A stretch of DNA of 34,714 nucleotides from an uncultured Neisseriales bacterium (GTDB lineage Bacteria > Pseudomonadota > Gammaproteobacteria > Burkholderiales > Leeiaceae): NCBI GenBank assembly GCA_966211475.1, contig CBIHQA010000001.1, positions 1-34,714 of the forward strand, given 5' to 3'. This document shows, in pieces, positions 20,743 through 29,672 of the stretch (position 1 is its first letter; every line of letters begins with the position of its first letter). Position numbers and translations under genes: made by a program. Below the pieces are notes generated by a model, which was given only the letters and a program-made list of their open reading frames with translations, had not been told where the DNA came from and searched no databases.

Positions 20743-21651
20743 TTAGTCGGCGAGATCGGGCTCGAAGAACAGCCACTGGATCATCGGGAATTGGGTCCGC
20801 AATGCGCGCTCGACGCCGTTGATGGCTTCGATCATCGCATGCTGGGTGGGGAAGTCGGCCATTTCGGCCTTGATGGAGACCATCGCGCGGTCACCCAGCT
20901 GCAGGCTGATCAGGCGGAATACGCGCTTGACCTCCGGGCGGGCTTCGACGAAGCGATGGATTTCCTCCCGGACCTCGGGCTCGACGCTTTGGCCGATCAG
21001 CAGGCCCTGGATTTCTACGCCGATGAAGGTGGCAACGCCGACCAATAGCAGGCCGATGACGATGCTGCCCGACGCATCCCAAGCCGGGTTGCCGGTGATC
21101 AGCGTCATCAGGATGGCGCAGAAGGCGAACACCAGGCCGAACAGGGCCGCGATGTCTTCACCTAGCACGACGATCAGTTCGCTCTGGCGGGAGTCGCGAG
21201 CCCAGCGCACCAGTGAGCGGTTGCCGCGCGCTTTGTTGATTTCTTTCAGGCAGCCGGCCAGTGACAACCCCTCTGCAATGATCGAAAAGCCGAGAATGCC
21301 CAGCGCCAGCCATGGGCGCGACAGCGGTTCAGGGTGGCCCAGCTTATGTACGCCCTCGTAGATCGAGAACATGCCGCCCAGGCTGAACAGCATCAGCGCG
21401 ACGATGAAGGACCAGAAATAGATCGCCTTGCCGAAGCCAAGCGGATGGTCGGCGGTCGGCGGACGTTTGCTATGCCGCAAGCCCCACAGCAGCAGTGCCT
21501 GATTGCCGCAATCGGCGAAGGAGTGGATGGCTTCGGCCAGCATCGAGCCTGAGCGGGTCAGCACGGCGCCGGCCAGCTTGGCGACGGCGATGGCCATGTT
21601 GGCGGTCAAGGCGTAGAGGATGGACTTGGTCGAGTCGGCCTGATGGGACAT
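20743..21651 (-). CDS. cation diffusion facilitator family transporter
   Basis: SGSMLAEAIHSFAD; HPLGFGK; six TM segments; EDIAAL; C-terminal cytoplasmic domain. Confidence 0.9.
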   Translation of the reverse strand: MSHQADSTKSILYALTANMAIAVAKLAGAVLTRSGSMLAEAIHSFADCGNQALLLWGLRHSKRPPTADHPLGFGKAIYFWSFIVALMLFSLGGMFSIYEGVHKLGHPEPLSRPWLALGILGFSIIAEGLSLAGCLKEINKARGNRSLVRWARDSRQSELIVVLGEDIAALFGLVFAFCAILMTLITGNPAWDASGSIVIGLLLVGVATFIGVEIQGLLIGQSVEPEVREEIHRFVEARPEVKRVFRLISLQLGDRAMVSIKAEMADFPTQHAMIEAINGVERALRTQFPMIQWLFFEPDLAD

Positions 21652-21678
21652 GTTGGCGGTTGCTCCCCGGTGTTTGGA

Positions 21679-21684
21679 ATTCTA
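21679..21684 (-). promoter_or_regulatory. -10 element (TAGAAT) for CDF-relA
   Basis: TAGAAT on the minus strand 27 nt before the ATG, GGGGAG SD in between; no good -35. Confidence 0.45.
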
Positions 21685-21733
21685 CAGGGCCGTGGCGTGC
21701 AGATTGCGGCCTTAGCGGCTTTCTTCAATAATG

Positions 21734-21795
21734 CGGTGCAACATACCATTGGTTTTCGGACATGATGTCGGTTTAGAAAACCCTTGGTTGCACCG
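21734..21795. repeat. long imperfect inverted repeat
   Basis: CGGTGCAAC/GTTGCACCG, GGTTTTC/GAAAACC and GACA/TGTC nested arms. Confidence 0.65.
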
Positions 21796-21914
21796 GATGG
21801 CGGGAAACTGGTCGATTCGACACGCCCGCAGAGCGTTTTTCAATTGTTCCGTCCTTCCTGGCGAAAGGACGAGTAGTACGACGACGGCAGAAGTCCGATT
21901 CGCGGAGGGTGGTC

Positions 21915-22679
21915 ATGCGACGTGTCATTTTCAATCAGAAGGGTGGGGTCGGTAAATCGACCATCGCGGCAAATCTGGCGGCCATCGCTGCCAGTGAGGG
22001 CCTGCGGACCCTGTTGGTCGACCTCGATCCGCAGGGGAATGCTACCCACTACCTGCTGGGTAGGCCCGCGCGGGAAGCGACGCCGGGGTTGGCGGAGCTG
22101 TTCGAACAAGTGCTATCGGTCAGCCTGTTTCCGAAGCCGGCCGCCGAATTCGTGCATGAGACGAGCTTTCCCGGTCTGTACGTGCTGCCGTCGCATCCCC
22201 GCTTGGCCGAGCTGGAGGACAAGCTCGCGCAGCGCTACAAGATCTACAAGCTGCGGGAGGCGCTCGAAGAGCTGGATTTCGACGCCGTCTTCCTGGATAC
22301 CCCGCCTGCGCTCAACTTCTACACCCGCTCCGCGCTGATTGCAGGGCAGCGCTGCCTGATTCCGTTCGATTGCGATGCGTTCTCGCGCCAGGCGCTCTAC
22401 AGCCTGTTGACCAATGTCGACGAACTGCGAGGGGACCACAACCCGGATCTGTTGGTGGAGGGGATCGTGGTCAACCAGTTCCAGCCGCGCGCCACGCTGC
22501 CTCGCCAACTGGTGGAGCAATTGCGTAATGAAGGCCTGCCGGTATTGCCGTCTATGCTGTCCAGCTCCGTCATCGTACGGGAGTCGCACGAGCGGGCTCT
22601 GCCGTTGGTGCACATGGCGCCGCGGCACAAACTGACCGAGGAATACAAGGCACTGTACCGCTCGCTGGATGATGCTTGA
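21915..22679 (+). CDS. ParA family ATPase (orphan)
   Basis: Deviant Walker [28 protein letters not shown]; no parB next to it. Confidence 0.9.
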   Translation: MRRVIFNQKGGVGKSTIAANLAAIAASEGLRTLLVDLDPQGNATHYLLGRPAREATPGLAELFEQVLSVSLFPKPAAEFVHETSFPGLYVLPSHPRLAELEDKLAQRYKIYKLREALEELDFDAVFLDTPPALNFYTRSALIAGQRCLIPFDCDAFSRQALYSLLTNVDELRGDHNPDLLVEGIVVNQFQPRATLPRQLVEQLRNEGLPVLPSMLSSSVIVRESHERALPLVHMAPRHKLTEEYKALYRSLDDA

Positions 22680-22692
22680 GTTATCTGTCACA

Positions 22693-22739
22693 CACCCTTT
22701 CCAATGAAATATGAAAGGGTGGAAAACAGCCTCTATACT
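22693..22739 (+). promoter_or_regulatory. promoter with overlapping inverted repeat
   Basis: ATGAAA (22711-22716), 17 bp, TATACT (22734-22739); CACCCTTTC-N11-GAAAGGGTG at 22693-22721. Confidence 0.55.
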
Positions 22740-22849
22740 GGGTTCGTGGCGGGTGAGCCTGGAATGACAGAGGTCGTCTTGACCGGTATTTGCCGGAGAC
22801 GAAATCTTGTTTTTCGGGACAGCCCGCGTTCGAGGCCACTCATCCATTG

Positions 22850-23812
22850 ATGATGCAGACCATGTCGCCCTACGGGGCCAGCCGGACTTATCAGACGCAT
22901 GTTTTGCGCGGCAATCATCCGTCGCGTCCGCTGGCCTTTTGGCTGTCCTACGTGATGCCCCAGCCGGGGGTACGCGAGGCGGGTGAACTGTGTGCCGCGT
23001 TCTTCGATGGAGAACGGCATGGCGTCTGGTGGGTGACACAGCGGGTGCCGGCTGCGGATTGCCACATCGATTTCGACAGCGAGGTGCTGGGCCTGGGGGA
23101 TGCCTACCTGGCGCCGACCCGGGTCGCGGGGACCGCGAAGCAGGGCGAGGACACGCTGCGGTGGGATCTGTCGGTGATCGCGCTGGCGGATCACCTGCCG
23201 GAGGCTGCGCCGGCGCACGATGGATCGCAGTATGAGCCGCCACACCTGGTGTTCCGGGGCTCCCTCTGGCTGAACGACCAGCAATTGCAGGTCGAAGACT
23301 GGTTGGGCAGCCGCTTGAACGACCAGGGGCGCAAGGGCTACGAACGCCTCGCCTGGGCGCAGGTGGTGGGCTTCGACAACAATCCCCATGCCTTCCTGGA
23401 ATGCTCGACCCAGCAGATGCCATTGGGAGAGGGCTGGGCGCCGTGGATGACCATCTTTACGCTGCACTACGCTGGCACTGTGTACGTCGCCAACGTGCTG
23501 GGTGAAGGACTGCGGGAGGAGACGGACAACGGTTTGTTCGTCTGGAACTTTGACGCACGGCAACACGGCGTGCGAATCCATGGGCAGATCCAGGCACAGT
23601 CCCCTTACTTTGCCCGGTTCCAGTACCCGGGAACCGGCTACAACCGCGTGTATCAGCACACCAAGCTAGCCAACTGCATCGTCACGCTGTCTCGCCCCGG
23701 CAAGGCGCCGGTGACGCTGTCGACCTTGCATCGCGCCTCATTCGAAATCCTCGCGTCAGCTGCCCGGACCGGCGTCTCGCTGGTGACCCGCATGCCAGTA
23801 GCGGGGGGATAG
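22850..23812 (+). CDS. hypothetical protein, divergent tocopherol-cyclase/AttH-like beta-barrel family
   Basis: NHPSRPLAFW; LRWDL; AWAQVVGFDN-P-AFLECST; start uncertain (22790 TTG, 22850 or 22862 ATG). Confidence 0.6.
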   Translation: MMQTMSPYGASRTYQTHVLRGNHPSRPLAFWLSYVMPQPGVREAGELCAAFFDGERHGVWWVTQRVPAADCHIDFDSEVLGLGDAYLAPTRVAGTAKQGEDTLRWDLSVIALADHLPEAAPAHDGSQYEPPHLVFRGSLWLNDQQLQVEDWLGSRLNDQGRKGYERLAWAQVVGFDNNPHAFLECSTQQMPLGEGWAPWMTIFTLHYAGTVYVANVLGEGLREETDNGLFVWNFDARQHGVRIHGQIQAQSPYFARFQYPGTGYNRVYQHTKLANCIVTLSRPGKAPVTLSTLHRASFEILASAARTGVSLVTRMPVAGG

Positions 23813-26098
23813 CTGGCGCCAGCTATCCAGCTTCAGGCTTCCATTCTCCAGTCGCAGCACTGTCGCGCCGTCGCGGTCGGTACGGTAGAGCGGGATATCC
23901 AAGCCCTCGTAACGTGCCCACACGGTGGGATGAGGATGTCGGTAGGCGTTGCGATAGCCGACCGGAAAGATTGCGGCTTTGGGCGCGACGGCAGCCAGGA
24001 AGTCTTCGCCACTGGAGGTCTTGCTGCCGTGGTGCGGCACCACCAGCACAGTGCTGCGAAGTGGGGCGGAGGGCATGGAAAGGAGTGTACTTTCCTGTTC
24101 CCGTTCCAGGTCGGCGGTCAGCAGCAGGCTTTGCTGTGATGCCTGTACCCGGATCACGCAGCTGTGGCCGTTATCGTTGCGGCTAGCAGCGGCGCCTTGC
24201 GGTGTGGGCCACAGTACATCGAAACGAACCCCATCCCAGTTCCAGCGTTGACCGGCTTGGCAAGCCTGGACGCGATTGACCTGATGCAGCAGGGGTTGAT
24301 CAGCGGGCAGGCTGTGCAGTAGCCAATCGACCCGGATATCCGCGATGACGGCCGGCGCGCCGCCACTGTGATCGAGATCGTTGTGGCTGATCACCAAGCC
24401 ATCCAGCCGCGTGATGCCTTGCCCGTGCAGATAGGGGACGACCACACGGGCGCCGGCACTGCGGGTGGGGTCCTTGCCTGGACCCGCATCGAACAGCAGA
24501 TCGTGGTGGGCGGTCTGCAAGTGGACGGCCAGCCCCTGTCCTACATCCAGGATGGTGGCACGCAGGTCTCCTTCGGCGGGCCGGTCCTGTAGCGGCCAGA
24601 TCAAGGGTAGCAACAGCAACGGAGCGGCGGTACGGCCGGGTATGCCGCGTGGCGCTAGCCACCAGATCGCGCCGATCAGTCCTAGACACAGCGGAACTGT
24701 CGTCGGCGTCGGTAACACCCAGATGGTGTTGAAGCGTGTCAGAGGCGAGAGGATGGCGTCGTTGAGCGCCGCAAGCCAAGCGGCCGGATAGGCCAGTGGG
24801 GACCAGAACAGGCTGCCGAGCGCCAGCGGCGTGACGCCCAGGCTCAGGATGGGGATGGCGATCGCATTCGCCAGCGGTGCAACCAAGGGGGTACCACCGA
24901 AGAACAGGGCCATGCCTGGCAGCATGCCGACCAGCATGGCGGATTGGGCGCCGACGGCTTCCCGCCATCGACCGATCCGGCCGATGCGTCCGCCGCCTTG
25001 CCAGACCAGCAAGGCTACGGCGCCGAAGGACAGCCAGAACCCGACGTTCCAGACGGCCCAGGGATCGTAGGCCAGCACGGCGAGGAGCGCGACGGCCAAT
25101 AGCAGACTGGGGCGCGTGCCACGACCCGCCAGAATGGTGACGCCGGTCGCCCACAGCATGACCAGTGTGCGCAAAGCGGGAATGCCGCAGCCGGATAGCA
25201 GGGTATAGGCGGTTGCGGCGATCAGACCGCCGATCCAGGCCGCCTGCCCGGCTGGGCGCCACGATGCCAGCCAGGCATTGCGACGCCAGATTGCTTGGAT
25301 CGCCCGCATCGCCAGCCAGGCGAACAGGGTAATGTGCAGGCCGGAGATGGATACCAGGTGAATCAGGCCCAACAGGCGATAGCGCTGCCAATCAGCATCC
25401 GAAATGCCGTTCTGGTCTCCCAATGCCAGCGCGATGATCAGCCCGCTCTGCGCGTTTCCTCGCAGGGTGCTTTGCAGACGTGCGCGGAGCCGTTCCCGCA
25501 AGGCATGAAGTTGGCAGACTGTGGTTTCACAACGGTCCGACAGGCGCTGGGCATGTGCCAGGGAAACGGAACCGGTGGCACCGATGCCTTCCTGCAGCAG
25601 CCAGGCTTCCGCATCGAAACCAGAGGGGTTGTAGGTGCCATGCGGGCGCTTGAGGCGGGCCGTCCACTGCCAGCGGTCACCGGCATGCGGCAGCAAAGCG
25701 GGCGCCTGTTCCTTGAAATAGGCGGTTAGCCGAACGCGGGAGGGCAGGCCTTGCTGTTGCCGGTCTGCCGGATCGACTTCCACATCGAAGCGTAGCCCGT
25801 AGTCCTCCTGAGCCGGCAGCCCGACGACGCTGCCGGTGAAATGGAGCGGTCGGGCCTCCAGCGTTTCCGGCAGCCATTCCGCGAGCCGGTCCGCGGAGCG
25901 GACAACGCTGACAGAAAACGCGAAGGCAGCGGCCGCGACGACCAGCCAATAGCGCCGCCGCAGCGGATCGCGCCGGGCTACCAGCAGGGCGAGGCCACCG
26001 ATCAGGGTTACAATCCCGGGCACGCCGGATGCGGGAAGTGCCGGCAAGCCCTGTGCCAGCAACGTACCGATCAGCCAGCCAAGTGCACAATTCAGCAT
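23756..26098 (-). CDS. comEC: DNA internalization competence protein ComEC/Rec2
   Basis: NPSGFD; HLVSISGLH; GFWLSF; DVGQG; SHNDLDHSGG; PHHGS; YRHPHP; RTDRDG. Confidence 0.95.
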   Translation of the reverse strand: MLNCALGWLIGTLLAQGLPALPASGVPGIVTLIGGLALLVARRDPLRRRYWLVVAAAAFAFSVSVVRSADRLAEWLPETLEARPLHFTGSVVGLPAQEDYGLRFDVEVDPADRQQQGLPSRVRLTAYFKEQAPALLPHAGDRWQWTARLKRPHGTYNPSGFDAEAWLLQEGIGATGSVSLAHAQRLSDRCETTVCQLHALRERLRARLQSTLRGNAQSGLIIALALGDQNGISDADWQRYRLLGLIHLVSISGLHITLFAWLAMRAIQAIWRRNAWLASWRPAGQAAWIGGLIAATAYTLLSGCGIPALRTLVMLWATGVTILAGRGTRPSLLLAVALLAVLAYDPWAVWNVGFWLSFGAVALLVWQGGGRIGRIGRWREAVGAQSAMLVGMLPGMALFFGGTPLVAPLANAIAIPILSLGVTPLALGSLFWSPLAYPAAWLAALNDAILSPLTRFNTIWVLPTPTTVPLCLGLIGAIWWLAPRGIPGRTAAPLLLLPLIWPLQDRPAEGDLRATILDVGQGLAVHLQTAHHDLLFDAGPGKDPTRSAGARVVVPYLHGQGITRLDGLVISHNDLDHSGGAPAVIADIRVDWLLHSLPADQPLLHQVNRVQACQAGQRWNWDGVRFDVLWPTPQGAAASRNDNGHSCVIRVQASQQSLLLTADLEREQESTLLSMPSAPLRSTVLVVPHHGSKTSSGEDFLAAVAPKAAIFPVGYRNAYRHPHPTVWARYEGLDIPLYRTDRDGATVLRLENGSLKLDSWRQLSPRYWHAGHQRDAGPGS

Positions 26099-26118
26099 GT
26101 TTTCATGATATTTGAATT

Positions 26119-26901
26119 ATGACGAATGATAACCGGCCTCTGCCATTGTTTGCCACTGTCGGCCTGCAAGCGATGGCGGCTGACTACGCGGCGCGCTATG
26201 GCTTTCAACTGGTCGAAACCCTGTCTCCCGATCTGCCGTACCTGTTGCAGTTGGATGAGACGGGGCTGGCGCTGATTGCACAGGGTGCCGATGCACCGGG
26301 CCCGTTGCGGGTGGACTTCGTCGAGGGCGCACATGCGCATCGCCGCCGCTACGGTGGCGGTGCCGGGCAACCGGTGGCGCGGGCCGTTGGGGTGAAGCCG
26401 AGTGCGCCGCCCTACGTGGTCGATGCAACTGCCGGGCTGGGGGGGGACGCATTCGTGATGGCCACGCTCGGTTGCACGGTCACGCTGCTGGAGCGGGCCG
26501 CCGTGGTGTGCGCCTTACTGGAGGACGGGTTGCGCCGGGCCACGCTGAACCCTGAACTCGAGCCCATCGTGCGCCGCATGCAGTTGCTGCATGTGGATGC
26601 CCACGACTGGTTGTCATCCCAGCCTGCGGGCTCGGTCGACGTGGTCTATCTGGACCCGATGTTCCCGGAAGAGGGGCGGACGGCGCGGGCAAAGAAGGGG
26701 ATGTACCTGTTCCAGCAGTTGCTGGAGGGGGATCTGGATGCGGATGCCTTGCTGGCGCCGGCGCGGCGCCTGGCAGGGCAGCGGGTGGTGGTCAAGCGGC
26801 CCAAGCGGGCGCCAGTGCTGGCCGGGCTGAAGCCGAGTGGCCAGCAGGTCGGGCAGAGTACGCGCTTCGATCTCTATGCCCCGCTGAAGCAAGGCGCGTG
26901 A
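26119..26901 (+). CDS. rsmJ: 16S rRNA m2G1516 methyltransferase RsmJ (YhiQ)
   Basis: VDFVEG..HRR; DATAGLGGDA; DVVYLDPMFP; RVVVKRP; RFDLY. Confidence 0.9.
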   Translation: MTNDNRPLPLFATVGLQAMAADYAARYGFQLVETLSPDLPYLLQLDETGLALIAQGADAPGPLRVDFVEGAHAHRRRYGGGAGQPVARAVGVKPSAPPYVVDATAGLGGDAFVMATLGCTVTLLERAAVVCALLEDGLRRATLNPELEPIVRRMQLLHVDAHDWLSSQPAGSVDVVYLDPMFPEEGRTARAKKGMYLFQQLLEGDLDADALLAPARRLAGQRVVVKRPKRAPVLAGLKPSGQQVGQSTRFDLYAPLKQGA

Positions 26902-26926
26902 AAAAGGCGGCATGAAGCCGCCTTTC
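26901..26926. terminator. bidirectional intrinsic terminator
   Basis: AAAAAGGCGGC-atgaa-GCCGCCTTT between convergent rsmJ and phaB. Confidence 0.8.
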
Positions 26927-26948
26927 ACCAACGGAACGAACGTCCCGC

Positions 26949-27689
26949 TTACATCATGTGCTGACCGCCGTTCATGGCAATGTTGGCACCGGTGATGAAG
27001 GCTGCATCGTCGCTGGCCAGGAAGGCCACGACGCCGGCGACCTCCTCCGGCTTGCCCAGACGGCCGACCGGGATGCCGGCGATGATCTGGTTGCGCACTT
27101 CTTCCTTCACCGCCATCACCATGTCAGTGCCGATGTAGCCCGGGCTGATAGTGTTGACCGTCACACCCTTGCGGGCGACTTCCTGTGCCAGGGCCATCGA
27201 GAAGCCATGCATACCGGCCTTGGCCGCTGCATAGTTGGTCTGGCCGAACTGGCCCTTCTGGCCGTTGATCGAGCTGATGTTGATCACGCGGCCCCAGCCC
27301 TTTTCCATCATCGCTTCGATGAAGGGTTTGGTGGTGTTGAAGACCGAGTCCAGGTTGGTGGAAATCACCGTGTCCCAGGAATCCTTGCCCATCTTGCGGA
27401 ACGTGCCGTCACGGGTGATACCGGCATTGTTGACTAGCACGTCGACCGCACCGACTTCCGACAGGATCTTGCCCGCCATGGACTGGCAGGCGTCGAAGTC
27501 CGTCACGTCGCACTGATAGGCGTGGAACGAATAGCCGGCAGCGCGTTGTTCGGCGAGCCAGGCTTCTTCCTTGCCCGGTCGGCTGTAGGTGGTGACGACG
27601 GTGAAGCCGGCATCGGCAAGACGACGGCAGATTGCCGTCCCGATCCCGCCCATGCCACCGGTCACCAGAGCGATACGCTTGTCGGACAT
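26949..27689 (-). CDS. phaB: acetoacetyl-CoA reductase
   Basis: TGGMGGIGTAIC; NNAGITRD; SSINGQKGQFGQTNYAAAK; SPGYIGTDMV; NGGQHM. Confidence 0.93.
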   Translation of the reverse strand: MSDKRIALVTGGMGGIGTAICRRLADAGFTVVTTYSRPGKEEAWLAEQRAAGYSFHAYQCDVTDFDACQSMAGKILSEVGAVDVLVNNAGITRDGTFRKMGKDSWDTVISTNLDSVFNTTKPFIEAMMEKGWGRVINISSINGQKGQFGQTNYAAAKAGMHGFSMALAQEVARKGVTVNTISPGYIGTDMVMAVKEEVRNQIIAGIPVGRLGKPEEVAGVVAFLASDDAAFITGANIAMNGGQHMM

Positions 27690-27844
27690 ATTGACCTCTC
27701 CTTTGCATTAGCCGGTCGGCAAACCACGTGCAGCCTTGCCCCGGTCATGTTGTCATGAGATGGCGAGCCCCATCCAGGTCCCATGCTAGCACGGGGTCAT
27801 GACACTCAAAAGATGCCGTTTCCGTCGTTTCGGACAGGCGGAAA

Positions 27845-27862
27845 GTTAACGTTAACGTCAAC
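27845..27862. promoter_or_regulatory. LiuR-like operator
   Basis: GTTAACGTTAACGTCAAC, 18-bp near-palindrome matching TTnACGT-WW-ACGTnAA. Confidence 0.6.
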
Positions 27863-27884
27863 CTGTCGACCCCTGATTGGTCTG

Positions 27885-27901
27885 TTAATCTTGAAGATTA
27901 A
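27885..27901. promoter_or_regulatory. palindromic operator over a putative -10
   Basis: TTAATCTT-G-AAGATTAA, perfect 8-1-8 palindrome overlapping TGtTAATCT. Confidence 0.5.
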
Positions 27902-27915
27902 GTAAGGAGACCTGG

Positions 27916-28863
27916 ATGCAAAGAATCGTGTTCCTCGACCGCGAATCGCTGCCCGTGCCGCTGCGGAAATCGTCGTTCGCCCATGAGTGGGCGGAGTACG
28001 ACCGCACGGCCCCGGAGGAGGTAGCGTCGCGGTTGGAAGGGGCCACCATTGCCATCGCCAACAAGGTGAAGCTGCAGGGTGATGTGCTGTCCCGCCTGCC
28101 GCAGCTGCGCATGATTGCGCTGGCGGCGACGGGCTCGGACAACGTCGATCTGGCGTATTGCCGCGAGCACGGCATCGCGGTCTCCAACATTCGCGATTAC
28201 GCCGGGGATTCGCTACCGGAACACGTGCTGGCCTTGCTGTTTGCGCTGCGGCGCGGGCTGTTCGGCTGGCGGCAGGACCTCAAAGCCGGCTTGTGGCAGC
28301 AAAGCCGCCAGTTCTGCCTGTTCACCCGGCCGATGCAGGATGTGGCCGGCAGCCGGCTGGGCATTGTCGGGCGGGGAGACCTGGGGCTGTCGCTGGCCCG
28401 GAAGGCCGAAGCGCTGGGCATGACTGTCCGGTTTGCCGAACACAAGGGCGCGAAGGTGGTCCGGCCGGGCTACACGGATTTCGACGAGGTGCTAGGCACG
28501 TCCGATGCGATCAGCCTGCATTGCCCGCTGACGGCCGAAACGCGAGGTCTGATCGGTGCGGACGAACTGACTCGGATGCCGCGCCATGCCGTGCTGATCA
28601 ATACCGCGCGCGGTGCGCTGGTCGACTATGTAGCCTTGCTGGATGCGTTGCGGGAAGGTCGGCTCGGCGGTGCAGGGATCGATGTGCTGCCGGAGGAGCC
28701 GCCCCGGCAGGGCCATCCGCTATTGGAGGCCGATTTGCCGAACCTGATCGTCACGCCACATGTTGCATGGTCCAGCCGGCAAGCGATGGAAACCATGGCC
28801 GAGCAGCTGATCGGCAACCTCGAGGCGTTCTGTGCCGGGGTGCCAAAAAACCGACTGGCCTAG
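27916..28863 (+). CDS. D-2-hydroxyacid dehydrogenase (glycerate dehydrogenase/HprA-like)
   Basis: IVFLD; ATGSDNVDL; GRGDLG; SLHCPLT; INTARG; EPP; TPHVAW; SD AAGGAG. Confidence 0.88.
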   Translation: MQRIVFLDRESLPVPLRKSSFAHEWAEYDRTAPEEVASRLEGATIAIANKVKLQGDVLSRLPQLRMIALAATGSDNVDLAYCREHGIAVSNIRDYAGDSLPEHVLALLFALRRGLFGWRQDLKAGLWQQSRQFCLFTRPMQDVAGSRLGIVGRGDLGLSLARKAEALGMTVRFAEHKGAKVVRPGYTDFDEVLGTSDAISLHCPLTAETRGLIGADELTRMPRHAVLINTARGALVDYVALLDALREGRLGGAGIDVLPEEPPRQGHPLLEADLPNLIVTPHVAWSSRQAMETMAEQLIGNLEAFCAGVPKNRLA

Positions 28864-29672
28864 GATGTTGGCGCCCTCGCTCTGCCTTCCTGTATCGCGG
28901 GCAGGGCGTGAGGCTGGCCGTCGTGAAACCAGACTGCGTCGCCGGGCTCTAGCACCGTCCAGGGTTCGTTATCCGTAAGTGGGGTGGTGGCAATGACTGC
29001 CACCCGATCCCGCGGCGTGGTGACGGTGTTGAAGTCGATCGCCAGATCCTCGTCCACCAAGTGGGCGGTCGCGAACGGCGCTTGCCGCACCAGGTAGACC
29101 AGCCGGGTCGAACAGTGCGCGAACAGCCAGTCGCCGTTCGATAGCAGCAGGTTGTACACACCATGGCCCGCGATGCGGCGGACTTCCTCGGCAAGCGCCG
29201 GCATCAGCGTGGCCGTATCCGGCGGAGTCGGGAATCGGCGCCACAGGCGCTCCAGCAGTTCGCAAAACGCCTGCTCGCTGTCGGTGTCGCCGACGGGCGT
29301 GTAGCGGGTGCCGATGCCAAAGCCTTCGGGCAGGGCTTTCAGATCGCCATTGTGGGCGCACAGCCAGTAGCGGCCCCACAGTTCGCGCTGGAAGGGATGG
29401 CAGTTCTCGAGGCGGATTTCCCCCTGGGTCGCCTTGCGGATATGGGCGATCACGTTCAGCGACTTGATTGGGTTGTTTTCCACCAACTCCGCGATCGGTG
29501 AACGGCAGGCCGCCAAGTCGTCGATGAACACCCGGCAGCCTTTCTCCTCGAAGAATCCGATCCCGAAACCGTCCGCATGTTCGTCCGTGATGCCAGCCCG
29601 CCGGCGGAAGCCGCGGAAGGAAAACACGATATCGGTCGGCACGTTGCAGTTCATGCCCAGGAGTTGGCACAT
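28860..29672 (-). CDS. class II glutamine amidotransferase (YafJ-like)
   Basis: N-terminal MCQLLGMN; HADGFG; AHIRKAT; NCHPF; HNG; TDSE. Confidence 0.9.
   Translation of the reverse strand: MCQLLGMNCNVPTDIVFSFRGFRRRAGITDEHADGFGIGFFEEKGCRVFIDDLAACRSPIAELVENNPIKSLNVIAHIRKATQGEIRLENCHPFQRELWGRYWLCAHNGDLKALPEGFGIGTRYTPVGDTDSEQAFCELLERLWRRFPTPPDTATLMPALAEEVRRIAGHGVYNLLLSNGDWLFAHCSTRLVYLVRQAPFATAHLVDEDLAIDFNTVTTPRDRVAVIATTPLTDNEPWTVLEPGDAVWFHDGQPHALPAIQEGRARAPTS

Noticed and set aside
28860..28863. Shared CTAG stop overlap of the convergent dehydrogenase and GATase genes
   Set aside because: Common compact arrangement with no further signal
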